Assembly: GCF_036321535.1 (NCBI RefSeq)
Contig: NC_087436.1
Span: 47,990,001-48,054,000 of the forward strand
DNA from: Camelus dromedarius
Lineage: Eukaryota
Length of the DNA stretch: 64,000 nucleotides
Direction of reading: 5' to 3'
Shown here: positions 38,330 to 51,460 of the stretch, piece by piece
Layout: each line of letters starts with the position of its first letter
Numbering within the stretch: position 1 is the first letter of the stretch
Position numbers and translations under genes: made by a program
Notes under the pieces: generated by a model
Told to the model about the DNA's origin: nothing
The model's input: the letters and a program-made list of their open reading frames with translations, nothing else
Databases searched by the model: none

Positions 38330-39004
38330 CTATATTAACTTATTTATTTTCTCAGTAACTCTACTGTATGTGTATTATTATTATTTCCATTTAAAGGTGA
38401 ATAAACCTCTAGCTTACTGCTCCTCACTGGTTAATCATCTTTTAGAGTATTTCCTCCACCACATGCTTATATATTAATGAACTGCAGAGGTACAATGACC
38501 TCTGACTCCCCACTATGGCCAACCCTACTGCAGTGAACCAATCAAATTCTCCTCCCATCCAGAGCAGTGAAATATATAGTCACATGTGTGATTCCGTGGT
38601 CTGAAGGTACACCAATACTTAATTTCACTACATTTTATATACTTTTAAATGTGTTTATTAATTTCCATTTTGCTCATTGTTAACGAGTTGTATCATTTCT
38701 CTCAATAAACTTGTTAGCCATTTGGATTTCCCATATGCCATCCCAAAATAATTTTATTTGATCAGTTTTCACCTTAGGGTTTCTCTTTTGAGGTCTTATT
38801 CAGGAAGACTCCCCTAACCTTGGATCACAAAGATACACTTTAATATTTTATTACATTAGCCTATGGTATTACCTTTCACATTAAGGTTATAAACCAAATG
38901 AAATCCACTTTTATATATGGTATATTAGGGATTGAGCTGTATTTTTCTCCATATGGTGAACAGTTTTCCCAAGCATTTGGTAGTGACAAGTTATCAACTA
39001 AGTT

Positions 39005-39010
<6 letters not shown>

Positions 39011-39040
<30 letters not shown>
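39011..39040. repeat. (TG)15 microsatellite
   Basis: Directly visible. Confidence 0.97.
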
Positions 39041-39044
<4 letters not shown>

Positions 39045-39139
39045 AACACATATCTCTTTCTAAACTCTCAATGGTGTTCTGTTGGTCTACTTTTGTGTTC
39101 ATGTTAGTTTCAAAATATTTTCATTACTATGGCTTTACT

Positions 39140-40690
39140 ATATTGTAATATTGTCAATGTGTGTTAGGATATCTTTTACAAACAGTGAAATTCATCTTCT
39201 GAGGTAGAGTTCGATGATTTTTGACAAACACATTAAGTCAATGTAACTACTACCACCATACCAAGCTACTGAGAAGAATTTGTCACCTCCTCCACAAATA
39301 CCCTCATTCTCCTTTGTAGTCAACATATATTCCCAGCCTAGGCTCTGGCAACCTCTGATCTGTTTTTTGTCCCTCTAGATTTGCCTTTTCCAGAATTTTA
39401 TACAAATGGAATCATGTAGCATGTAGCCTTTTGAGAATGGCTTCCTTCACTTAGCATGATTCATTTGAGACCATCCATGTTACATGTATCAGTAGCTTAT
39501 TCTTTGTTATTGCTGAGTAGTAAGCTACCCTTTGAATACACCATTTATCAGTTAAAGAGTATTTATGCTATTTTCCATTTTTGGTGATTATGAATAAAGC
39601 TACAATAAATATTCACACACAGGTTTTTGTATGAACACGATTTCTGGGTTATATGTTTAGGTTTATAAGAAACTGCTGAATTGTTTTCCAAAGTGGCAGT
39701 CACACTATCAGCATTCTCACCAGCAATATGTGAGATTTCCAGGTGCGATGCACCCTTTCCAGCAACTAATACTGTCATTTACTTTTTTTTTTTCAATTTT
39801 TTTTCCGGTCATTTCAATAGGTGTGTACTGGTATCTGTCATTTCAATTTACTTTTTGGTTATGACTAATGATATTAAGGGTTTTCTCATGTTTTCTTGCC
39901 ATTTTTATATCTTATTTTGTAAAGTGTCTGTTAAAGCTGTTTGCCTCTACTTTTTAACTGGGTTTTCTGTTTACTTATTCCTGCATTTTGAGAATTTTTT
40001 TTTTAAAATATAGCCTGAATACAGGTGTTTCACAAATACTTTTCTTCCAGTCTGTTGCTTTGACATTTACTTCATTAACTGTTTTAGAAGGGGAGAAAGT
40101 TTTAATTTTAAGTGAATACAATGTATCAATTTTGTCTTTTATAGATAGTGCTTTTGGAGAGGTATGTAAAAAATATTTGCCTATCTCAAAATCACAAAGA
40201 TTTTTTCTCATATGTTACCTTCTCGAAGTTTTATAGCTTAGGGTTTTACAACAAGGGCCACAGTCTATTTTGACTTCATTTTGGTATAGGTTGTGAGGTC
40301 AGGCTTACTTTTATGTATACAAATATCCAGTTGTTCCAGTGCCATTTGTTGAAAAGACTGTCCTTGCTCCATTAAATACCCTTTGTATAACAACTGACTA
40401 TGTGGGTGAGTCTATTTCCACATTCTCTTTCTGTTCTGCTGTAATGCATATTCCCTCCTTCTGCCAATATCACTCTGCCCCGATTACCAAAATTTTAAAG
40501 TGAATCTTGAAATCAGATAGTGTGTTCTCTTTGTTTTTCTTTTTCAAGTTGTATTTGGATATTCTAGTTCCTTTGCTTTTCTATGTATATTTTAGAATAA
40601 ATCTTTCTGTCTCAAAAATTTTGGGATTTTGGGGGGTATTCCAGTGAATATACGTATCAAATTGGGAAGAATTAGTGTTTGGCGATATTG
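39140..40690 (-). mobile_element. Old L1M (L1MC/MB-like) 3' UTR and ORF2 remnant
   Basis: ctggcaacctctgatctgttttt...aaatggaatcat...cttccttcacttagcat...ccagttgttccagtgccatttgttgaaaagact. ORF 39975..40211 resembles degraded ORF2. Confidence 0.85.
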
Positions 40691-41334
40691 TGTCTTTGGC
40701 TCTCTGGATGAAAAGGATCCTGGAGGATTTAGAGCATTTCCCACAGCAGCAGCCTGACCGCATTCAAGCCTGCACCACTGACAGGAGCTCTCTAGCTTTC
40801 CTGACTGGCTATCTTCGTGTGGATGCTCACTTGAGACCTCTGTGGAGACAAGCTTACAAATTAATGCAAACTCCCCTTGTATCTGCAGCTTCATACTCGC
40901 CTTTCATACTTGCCCAAGGACTTTATAATTTCATAAACTTGCCCACACACAGCCTTCAGCAATTTGGAAATTGCAGATTCTTCCCACTCAATTGTAAGGC
41001 AGTGCTGTCTTTCTCTCATGCACAAACATGAGTTGGGGGCATCTATCTTTCTTGTAGATTAGGGGCAAATAGGTTCCTCTGTAATCTCAGCTCACTGAGA
41101 AACTGAAGAACAATAACAACTTCGTAGATGCTCTAGGATTTTTTTGTCAGAGTGAGAGTGATGCTATCCCCATCTGTCTATATCCTGGGGAGAAGAGCCG
41201 GAAACTATTACTATAGATTTATAATATGTTTTAATATCTGGTAATACATCCCTTCTCTTTGCTATTAATATCTTCCATGTAAATTCTTTCCACCTAAAAG
41301 TTTGTTAGAGTTTTAATTGGTTATACTGTGAAAT

Positions 41335-42120
41335 AGGATTTATACAAATAGATATCTGCACCTCCATGTTGAATGCAGCATTATCTATAATAGCCAAGAG
41401 ATGGAAGCAACCTAAGTGCCCATCGATGGATGAATGGATAAAGAAAATGTGGGGTACACATATTTTTATGTATATATATACATAAAAATATATATATATA
41501 TATATACACATACACACACACACACATATATATACACATAATGGAATATTATTCAGCCTTAAAAAGATTGAGGTTTTTTGTGGTTACCAGAGATGGGGGA
41601 TGGGAGAAGGAAGAAATGGTCAAAAGGTATAAACTTCTAGTTACAAGATAAATAAGTATCAGGGACACAATGTACAATTGATGACTATGGTTAACGCTGC
41701 TGTATGATGTATATGAAAGTTGTTAAGATAGTAAATCCTCAGAGTTTTCATCATAAGGAAAACTTTTTTTTTGGCTTTTTTACTGTATCTACACGAGATG
41801 GTGGATGCTAATTAAACTTATTATGGTAACTGCTTTACAATATATGTAAGTCTACAATATATGTAAGTCAAACCATTATGCTGTACACCTAAAGCATACA
41901 CAGTGATGTATGTGAATTATATCTCAATAAAACTAGGAAAAAAATAAGAATGAAATCTTGCTATTTGTAACAACATAGATGAAGTCTGAGGGCATTATGC
42001 TAGGTGAGATAAGTTAGAAAGTCAAATACCGTATGATCTCACTTATATGTGGAATCCTAAAAAAGATATTAAAAACTCATACATACAGAGAACAGTATGG
42101 TGGTATCAGAGATGGGAGGA
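41335..42120 (+). mobile_element. L1M 3' end with a second L1 3' fragment (~41572-41945) nested inside it
   Basis: The host sequence ...attcagccttaaaaag breaks and resumes at aagaatgaaatcttgctatttg. The insert ends tatctcaataaaactagg plus an A-tail. Confidence 0.75.
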
Positions 42121-42385
42121 GCTAAATTGGCTTTTTATTTTTAATTTTTTTTAACAAAAGTTATATATTTTATAATTTATTTCTCTTATAGGTGGAATCC
42201 CACTATGTTTTACTTATTTTCTAGTTGTCTGATGCTGATAAAGATACCACTGATTTCCTAAGTTTAATTTTCTCTCAAGTGAATCCTATTATTATTTAAA
42301 AGTTGTTTATTGTTGAATTATGTACATAATAGATTTTTTTTCTTTCCTATCTTTACACTCTTTCTGCTTATTTCTCAAATGTTAG

Positions 42386-42700
42386 TGTCTTAGTTCACAT
42401 GGACTGCCATAACAAAATATCACAGACTGAGCGGCTTATAAACAGCAGACATTTGTTGCTTAGAGTTCTGGAGGCAGGAAGTCTGAGATCAAGGTGCCAG
42501 CACAGTCAGGTCAGAGCCCTCTTCTGCGTCACAGACCCTCATTATATCCTCACATAACACAAGTTAAGGGCGATACTGTCTTTTATAAAGAGGATGGCCT
42601 CCCAAAGGCCTAACCTACTAAGACCATCACATTGGGCATTTGGACTTTAACATACGAATTTGGGGGTGGGATTTGGGACACAACTTTTCAGATTCTAGCA
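42386..42700 (-). mobile_element. MLT1A-like MaLR LTR
   Basis: tgtcttagtt...ctgccataacaaaatatcacagactgagcggcttataaacagcagacattt...gttctggaggc.ggaagtctgagatcaaggtgccagca. Confidence 0.85.
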
Positions 42701-44119
42701 GCTGGTAAGGATCTGCACTATTATGCTAAAAAGTAACCGTGATGATGGACATCCATATCCTATTACTGATCATATGCATCTAAATTCATCTAAATTTCTT
42801 CCATTAAGAAGGATGCTTTCTTTCTGTAGGTTTAAGGTATCAGATTTATATTGTTAAGACAGTTTAACCTAGTCTTTGTTTTCTGAGACTTAAAAAAATC
42901 ATATATAGGTAATTAATTTTATGAAATGCTTTATCTGCATTGTTGTAAAACTCAAATAATTATGTGGTAAAAAAAGAAGATGGTTTAAAAAATAATAGTT
43001 TAAGATGGTGAACCATCCTTAGTTTCCCAGTGTATTCTGGACTTAGATAAAATGTACTTAACATATTTACTTCTAGATTTAAAATAAAAATGGTCTATCA
43101 CGTACTCTTCTTAGACTGTTCTTAGCTGCTATTACAGAAGTGTTGTGGCAGCCTCATAAAATTTATTAGTGAACTTCTCTTTTTCTACTTCTTGAAACCA
43201 AATACATATGGTAGGTATTTCTGTTTATTGAAAGTTTAGCAAAATTCAGAAATAAAGCAATATAGACCTAGACCTGCACTTTTGGTGGGAGAGCAGGGGT
43301 AGGGTAGGAGGAAAATGGTATATATTTCACTTATCATTTCAATTTCTTTCAATTATTCAAGTTTTCTATACTGAGCTCTGGACATTAAATATACCAACTG
43401 CATTCCCAACCATTGTGATTTCCTCACAGATTTCCAAATGCCAGCTAGGGATTGCCTCTGGTTGAAAACAATGGGTCTATATTATCAAATTTATTAGCAT
43501 AGTTATATTATTCAATGCATTCTTATCTTGCTTTTTAAACTCTGTGTCCTGAGATTACTTTTCCCTTTCCTTGTATATTTTTGCTTTGCATCTTCCTTTT
43601 CGTACCTTAATAAATCTTGTCAAAGTTTTGATTTTTTTAAATCAGTCTTTTGCTTTGATCTTCTTCTTCTTCTCTCATTATTTATTTAAATTAATTTTGC
43701 TTTGATGTTTGCTGTATGCCTCTTGTTTCATTGGCTTTGTTCTGTTGCTCTTTTTAAGATGGAATTAGCCTGGTTTCAGTATTTCCCACTTTATGACTAT
43801 CTGTACAAGGCTGTAACTTTCTTTCCAAATTCTGCTTTAGCTATGTACGATAAATTTTAACTGCAGTGTTTTCATTTTTGTTCAGCTCTTACCATTTTAT
43901 AATTTCCCTAAAGATTTGCTCTTTAACTCAAGGGTTTTTTCAAAGTACATTATTTAGCTTTTTCTAGACATTAGGGATTTTTAAAAAGTTCCTTTTAATT
44001 ATTAATTTCTAATTTTATTGCTCTGTGATCAGAGAACAAAATCAGTATAATATTCATTCTTTAAAAATATATTGAAGCTTCCATATGGCCTTGACACAAT
44101 TCAGTTTTTGAGTACTTCT

Positions 44120-45040
44120 TGTTTAGTCATGCAACAGTATTTAATAAATACTCTGTTTCTGGCACTCTTCTAAGCACTTGGGAAAAGTTAGTGAATAAAA
44201 CAGACAACATGTCTTTCCTCATGGAGCTTATATTCTACCAGAGGGAAAAAGATAATTAATAATAGCTAATAGAGAAATAGAAAGTTAGAAAGAGACAAAT
44301 GCTGTGGGAAGGAAAAAATGTAGAATTGGGTAAGGCATATTGGCAATGCCAAATGGGGTAGGATTTCAGTTTTAAACAAAATGATCAAGGTTGGGCTTTT
44401 TTGAAAGGTGGCATTTGAATAGAAAGCAAAAGGAGGTGAGCGAATTAATCACTAAGATATCTGGAAGAATATCATTTCAGGGAGAAGGGCCAGCACATGA
44501 GGTGTCCTGTAGTGGACGGACTCTTCAAGGAATGTGTGGTATTGGAGGCCAAATGATAGAGAGTCTTGTAGACTATTGTAAAAACTCTGGCTTTAAATTC
44601 AGAGATAGGAGTCATTAGAAGTTTTTGAACAGAGGAGTGGTATGATTCTCACATTTTAAACACCGGCTATTGAGTGAGGTATCAACTGTGGGATCAAGGA
44701 TGGAAGGAAGGAGAAGAGTTAGGAGATGATAGCAATAATCAAGATAATAGTGATGATGAATCACATCATGGCTATTGCAGTGGCGATAGCGAAGTATGAC
44801 TGGACTGTGAGCATATTTTTAAGATGGTGCAAACAGGTTTCCTGATACATCAGATGTGAGGTGTGAGAGAAGAAAGGAATGTAGGTTATTCCCAGGTTGT
44901 GAGTAAAGCAGGTTTGGAGGAATGACAAATTTCAACAAGATGACTTTGAGAGTGGACTAATAAGCTAAATATTCAAGTCAGAAGAAATGTATGGGCTGGG
45001 TTTATAAATGTAGGAGATGTTTTTTAGATTGGATGAAAGA
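44120..45040 (-). mobile_element. L2 LINE fragment
   Basis: gtgaataaaacagac...tcctcatggagcttatattcta...gttttgaacagaggagtgg motifs. Confidence 0.7.
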
Positions 45041-45139
45041 TTGCTGAAAGTAAAGTTCTCCATGTATCTATTCCTTAGATACAGACATTATCTACATGTT
45101 TGTTTGAATATGTGTTCATGACTAGTATACTTAGGAGAT

Positions 45140-45365
45140 GATAGCATGGAACCTGAAACCATAGTGCCAGAATTTTAATTCTGGTTTTGGCACTTTCTAG
45201 CTGTGGGCAAGTTGCTGAACCACATGGTGCCTCACTTTTCTCATCTATTAAATGTGGAAAGTAAGTGGTTGCTGTATCTTTGGGTTGTTATGATGTTTAA
45301 ATGTGTTATAATATGTATCAGAACAGCACATAGTATATAATAATCACTTTATATGTGTTTGTTAA
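45140..45365 (+). mobile_element. MIR SINE
   Basis: cactttctagctgtgggcaagttgctgaacc....gtgcctcacttttctcatctat core. Confidence 0.65.
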
Positions 45366-46020
45366 TGTTAGTATTGTTAGCATTATACTCATTTTACCAT
45401 CTTAAATCTCTTTTCTTTCAGAAATAGTTTTCGTTTCAAATTCCATTTTGTTTGATTGTATGATTAGCTACCACATATTTCCTTGTATTCAGGATATATT
45501 TTTCCTTTTGCTTGATTTGCATTTTCCGTTAATTTAAATATGTCCTCCTACTGACAATATATTGCTGGACTTTTCTTCCTTGATTATATCAGATAATCTC
45601 TGCTTTTTTTTTTCCAATTGGTGAGTATGTTTCATTTAGATTTCTTGTAGTATTTGTTATACTAAAATTTATCTGTAGCATTATATGTTAATTTACCAGT
45701 TTATTTTTTTATTTTTTTTCCCCTGGCTTTCTGTTTCCATTGTATAGACTGTAATTTTTACTTTCTGCTAGTTTAAAAGTAATGTATTTTTTATTTTGCA
45801 TTAGATACTCCTAACTTAGTAAGTTTTTTTTCCCCTTATCAGTTGTTTATTCTGTTCATGATCTGTATCTTCCACTTAAACAAATTAGCTCCTATTTTTC
45901 TTTTTATGAACTTTCCCCTACCAGCCATGTAGGTATTGTCTTTTTTTTCCTTTTTAAAAAATATTCTGTGCTATTTGTATTATCCTTCTTCCCTGTTTTT
46001 TCTTGCTCTTTTTTAGAGTA

Positions 46021-46022
<2 letters not shown>

Positions 46023-46074
<52 letters not shown>
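46023..46074. repeat. (TG)26 microsatellite
   Basis: Directly visible. Confidence 0.97.
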
Positions 46075-46076
<2 letters not shown>

Positions 46077-46552
46077 GTAGTTAATGCTCACCACAACGTC
46101 TCATGTATGTCATGTGACCTCCTGGGTTTTTCTTTTCTTAGAGGAGAGTGTCCTCACCAAAGATTTTCAAATGGTAACATTCATTCCTGGGAACATTTTA
46201 ATATTGACCTCTTATGTAAAGGATAACATCTAAACTATAAAAATTTAGATTTGATATTCTTTTCCTTTAATACTTGGAACATTTGATTTTTCACTTAATT
46301 TGTTTAGAATGCACCTAGTAACTATTGACAAAGAAACTTAATTTCTGCTTCCTTTTGAGTCATCTGCTTTTATTCTTGGAAAGTTTTTAGAATGTTCTCC
46401 TTTCCTTAAATTTTATTATAATGTATCTAGCTATGCCTCTACCCCTAAGACATAGCTCTTAGTTCCATACCATGATTCTAACTCCTAGGTTTGAGAACTT
46501 CCAAGATGTAGCACTTCTGATGCCTCAATTGAAATACAGTTAATACATAACC

Positions 46553-49500
46553 CTAGAACCCGCAGCCAGCTGTGTCAGGAACTGGCCCCAGCCACCAGCA
46601 GACCGACACTAGATTTTGGAACACTGGCCCTGCAACTACCCACACTAAACAGAGCTCTGCACACCAGTGAGCCAATTTTAGCCCCAGAACCCACCAGGAT
46701 TCCACAGCAAGCCAAACTGTGATCCAGCATTGCCAGTGGCCAGTAGCCTCTGCACAAAGGAGGGCTGGCAACCAACTGGACTAGTGGCCAGACACGCCCA
46801 CAGTAGTCAGCCCACCACAATCAGAAATGAGAAATGAGAAGTGAAAAACAACACCACAGAAATACAAATGATTATGAGATTACAACAAAAACTATATGCC
46901 AATAAAATGTGTAACCTAAAAGAAATGGACAAATTCTTAGAAATGTATAATCTCCCAAGACTGAACCAGGAAGAAACAGAAAATAGAACAGATCAATTAC
47001 CAGTAATGAAATTGAGTAAGTATAAAACAAACAAACAAACAAACAAAAAACTCCCAACAAACAAAAATCTAAGACCAGATGGCTGCACAGGTGAATTCTA
47101 CCAAATATTCAAAGAGTTAACATCAATACCTCTTAAACTTTTCCAAAAAATGCACATGAAGGAATGTTTCCAAACTCATTCTGTAAGGCCAGTATATCAC
47201 TCTGATACCAAAACCAGACAAAGATATCACAAAAAAGGAAATTACAGGCCAGTATCACTGATGAACACAGATGCAAAAATCCTCAACAACATATTAGCAA
47301 ACTGAATGCAACAATACATGAAAAGGATCATATAGCATGATCAACTGGGATTTATTCCAAGGATGCAAAGATAGTTCAATATCTGCAAATCAATCAATGT
47401 GATACACTACATTAACAAACTGAAGAACAAAAATCATATGATCAACTCAATAGATGCAGAAAAACCTTTTGATAAAATTCAACAACAATTTATGATAAAA
47501 ATGCTCCACAAAGTGGGAACATACCTCAACATAATAAAATCCATATATGAAAAGTCCAGAGCTAATATCATACTCAGTGGTGAAAAGCTGAAAGTATTTA
47601 GTCTAAGATCAGGAAGAAGACAAGGATACCCACTCTCACCATTTTTACTCAACATAGTTTTGGGAGTCCTAGCTACAGCAATCAGACAAGAAAAAGAAAT
47701 AAAAGGAATCCAAATCTAGGAATAAATCCATCTAAGGAGGTATAAGACCTGTATTTGGAAAACTATAAGACACTGATGAAAGAAATCAAAGAAGACACAC
47801 AAAGATAGAAAGATATATTGTGTTCATGGGTTGGAAAAATTAATGTTGTTAAAACGACCATATTCCCAAGGCAATCCACTAATGCAATGCAATCCTTATC
47901 AAAATACCAATGGCATTTTTAACTGAAATAGCACAAATAATTTAAAAATATTTATGGAAATACAAAAGACCCTGAATAGCCACAACAATCTTGAGAAAGA
48001 ACAGAGCTGGAGGTATCATGTTCCCTGAATTCAGACTCTAGTATAAAACTACAGTTATCCAAACAACACAAAAAGAGACACAAAACAACACAAAAAGAGA
48101 ACTGAATAAATAGTCCATAAATAAACCCACATACTTATGGTCAATTAATCCATGACAAAGGAGGCAAGAATATACAATGGGGGAAAAGACAGTATCCTCA
48201 ACAAATGGTGTTGGGAAAACTGGACAGCTACATGTAAAACAACAAAATTAGAACATTTTCTCATACTATATAAAAAATAAACTCAAAATGGATTAACAAC
48301 CTAACTGTAAGACCAGAAATCATAAAACTCCTAGAAAAAAACATATGCAGAACACTTTGACATAAATCTACATCATAAAATATCAACGTAGCAATATTCT
48401 TTTGGATCTGTCACCTAATTCAAAGGAAACAAAAGCAAAAGTCCACAAACGACAAATGCTGGAGAGGCTGTGGAGAAAAGGGAACCCTCTTACACTGTTA
48501 GTGGGAATGTAGCTTGGTGCACTGTTACTGAAAACAGTATGGAGATTCTTCAAAAGACTAAATAATAGACTTACCATATGATCCTGCAATCCCACTCCTG
48601 GGCATACATCCAGCAGAAACTTTAATTCAAAAAGATACATGCACCCCAATGTTCACAGCAGCACTATTTACAATAGCCAAGTCATGGAAACAACCTAAAA
48701 GTCCACTGACAAATTACTAGATAAAGAAGTTGTGGTATATTTATACAATGGAACACTACTCAGCCATAAAAAAGAATAAAATAACGCCATTTGCAGCAAC
48801 ATGGATGGACCTGGAGACTGTTATTCTAAGTGAAGTAAGCCAGAAAGAGAAAGAAAAATATCGTATGATATCACTTATATGTGTAATCTAACAAAAAAAG
48901 ACAAATGAACATAAATACAAAACAGAAACAGACTCACAGACATGGAAAACAAACTTATGGTTGCCAGTGGAGGAAGGGGGTGGGAAGGGATAAATTGGGA
49001 ATTTGATATTTGCAGATAATAACTAATATACATATAACAGGTTTATACTGTATAGCACAGGGAACTATGTTCAATATCTTGTAGTAACTTGCGATGAAAA
49101 AGAATATGAAAACAAGTATATGTATGTTCATGTATGACTGAGGCATTGTACTGTATACCAGAAACTGACACAACACTGTAAACTGACTATATGTCAATAA
49201 AAAATATACATACAAAAAAACAGGCTACAAGGATATATTGTATAACACAGGGAATCTAGTCAACATTTTATACTAACTATAAATGGAGTATAACATTTAA
49301 AAATTGTGGATCACTATATTGTATACCTGTATACTTATATTATTGTACAGCAACTATAATTCAATAAAAATTATAATAAAAAACAAATGGAAATTAATTA
49401 ATTTAAAATCTTTTGCACAGCAAAGGAAACCACTGACAAAACAAAAAATAGCCTACTGAATGGAAGAAAATATTTGCAAATGATATGGCCAATAAGGGGT

Positions 49501-50475
49501 TAAAATCCAAAATACAGAAACAGTTCAACATCCAAAAAGTAAACAACCTGATTAAAAATTATGCAGAAGACCTGAATAGACATTTTCCCACAAAAGATAT
49601 ACAGATGGCCAACAGGTACATGAAAAGATGCTCAACATTGCTAGTCATCAGAGAAGTACAAATGAAAACCATAATGAGATATCACCTCACACCTGTCAGA
49701 ATTGCTATCATCAAAAAGACCACAGTAACATATGTTGATAAGGATGTGGAGAAAAAAAAGGGTACACTGTTGGTAGGAATATAAGTTGATGCAGCCACTA
49801 TGGAAAATGGTATGGATGTTATCCAGAAAACTAAAAAGAGAACTACCAGGTGATCCAGCAATTCCACTCCTGGGTATATACACGAAGAATACAAAAAGAC
49901 TAATTCAAAAAGATACATGCACCACAATGTTCATAGCAGCATTATTTGTAATAGTCAAAATATAGAAGCAACCCAAGTATTCATCAGCAGATGAATAGAT
50001 AAAGAAGATGTTATATAAACACATAATGGAATACTACTCAGTCATACAAAAGAAAGAAATTTTACCATTTGCAATGACATGGATGGACTTCAAGGGTATT
50101 ATGCTAGCGAAATAAGTCAGACACAGAAGGATGAATATTGTATGTTATTTATACGTGGAATATAAAAAATAAAAACAAATGGATGAACGTAACAATACAG
50201 AAATGGACTCGCAGACATAGAGAGAGGGCAAACTAGTGGTTACCAGTAGGGAGAGGGAAGAGGGGAGGGGCAAGATAGGTGTAGGGGACTAAGAGGTACA
50301 AAGTATGCATAAAATAAATGTTACAAGAATATATTTTACAGACAGTGAATATAGACAATATTTTATAATAACTTTAAATGTGATATAATCTATAAAAAAT
50401 CTGAAACACTACATTGTACATCCAAAACTAATATTGTAAATCAAGTATACTTCAATAAAACATTTTTAATTTAAA
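46553..50475 (+). mobile_element. Internally deleted LINE-1 (5'-UTR-like piece, RT-region ORF2, 3' UTR) with nested L1 3' ends at ~48441-49380
   Basis: ORFs 46841..47305 (EMDKFLEMYNLPRLNQEE, NYRPVSLMNTDAKILN) and 47399..47719 ([29 protein letters not shown]) contain L1 RT motifs, interrupted by stops and frameshifts. Confidence 0.95.
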
Positions 50476-51249
50476 AGTAAAAATAAAATTATAGATGTAG
50501 CTTATATTTTTATTGACATTGCTGATGTAGATGATTACATAAATTTGATTTCTAACTGCAGTATATATTTTGTAAAGTCCTTATTTCTAATCTGACTTCA
50601 TTTAGAAAGTTAAGCAGAAATAGGGATGGAGTAATAGTGGTGGTGGTGGAGAATAGACAGTATAGGGCCAATAACATTATAATTTTCAACTTTGAGAATA
50701 CTATTTGCTTCAAAATATGTGCCAGAAAATTAGTCTACAGTGTTACTGGCAATCATTTCACTAACACAGAGGAAGAAAAAAGACTTAATAAATACAATGG
50801 TACAGTGGAAGGCAGAAGCCAGTCATCCCTCCTCATTTAATGACTGTTTTCTGAAATTTCATGGCATGTTTAAGGAAGAGAAATGGAAGTGAGTCAATAA
50901 AAAGCCTTTGCTTTAGGATATTCTCCAACTTTGCTATAGTACCCTGCAAATTTCATCCAACACAGCTCTGGTCTAATCCAGCTCCAGTTAAAAACCAGGC
51001 AGTAATCAGGACTCACTTGCGTTGCTGGACTCTCCAGTAAGCAAATTGAGAAGCACATGAGGAATACATGCTTTCACATGTTCTGTAGAGTGAATTTAAA
51101 CCATCGAGCAAAGCACTTATTTCTAAAACCTACAGTCATAGTTTTTATTATTGAAGAAGTCCTTAAATTCACTTATTACTAGTTTGCCTGTGGATAATCA
51201 CAATTACGGAGATTAAAAACAAAAAAATTAGTTTATTTTCCATGACAGT

Positions 51250-51460
51250 AGAGTACAGTAGCTGATCATGGGTTTTGGAATCAGACAAATTTGGATTTTA
51301 ACTATAGCTTTACCACTTTCTAACTCGGTAAGCAAGGATTTTTTTATCTCTCTAACACTCATCTTCCTCTGAAAAAACAACGGTATCTACCTCAAAAGGT
51401 TGTTGAAAGGAATAAAGAAAATATTTCAACTGCTTGGCATTTACTGAATAAATGACAAAT
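51250..51460 (+). mobile_element. MIR SINE
   Basis: gggttttggaatcagacaaatttggatttt...accactttctaact...tatctacctcaaaaggttgttg. Confidence 0.6.

Noticed and set aside
41836..41869. 17-bp tandem duplication (similar small ones at ~48060 and 54379-54404)
   Set aside because: Ordinary slippage duplications inside decayed L1 sequence.
46841..49927. Active or domesticated reverse transcriptase gene
   Set aside because: L1 ORF2 here is broken by stops, frameshifts, deletions and nested insertions.
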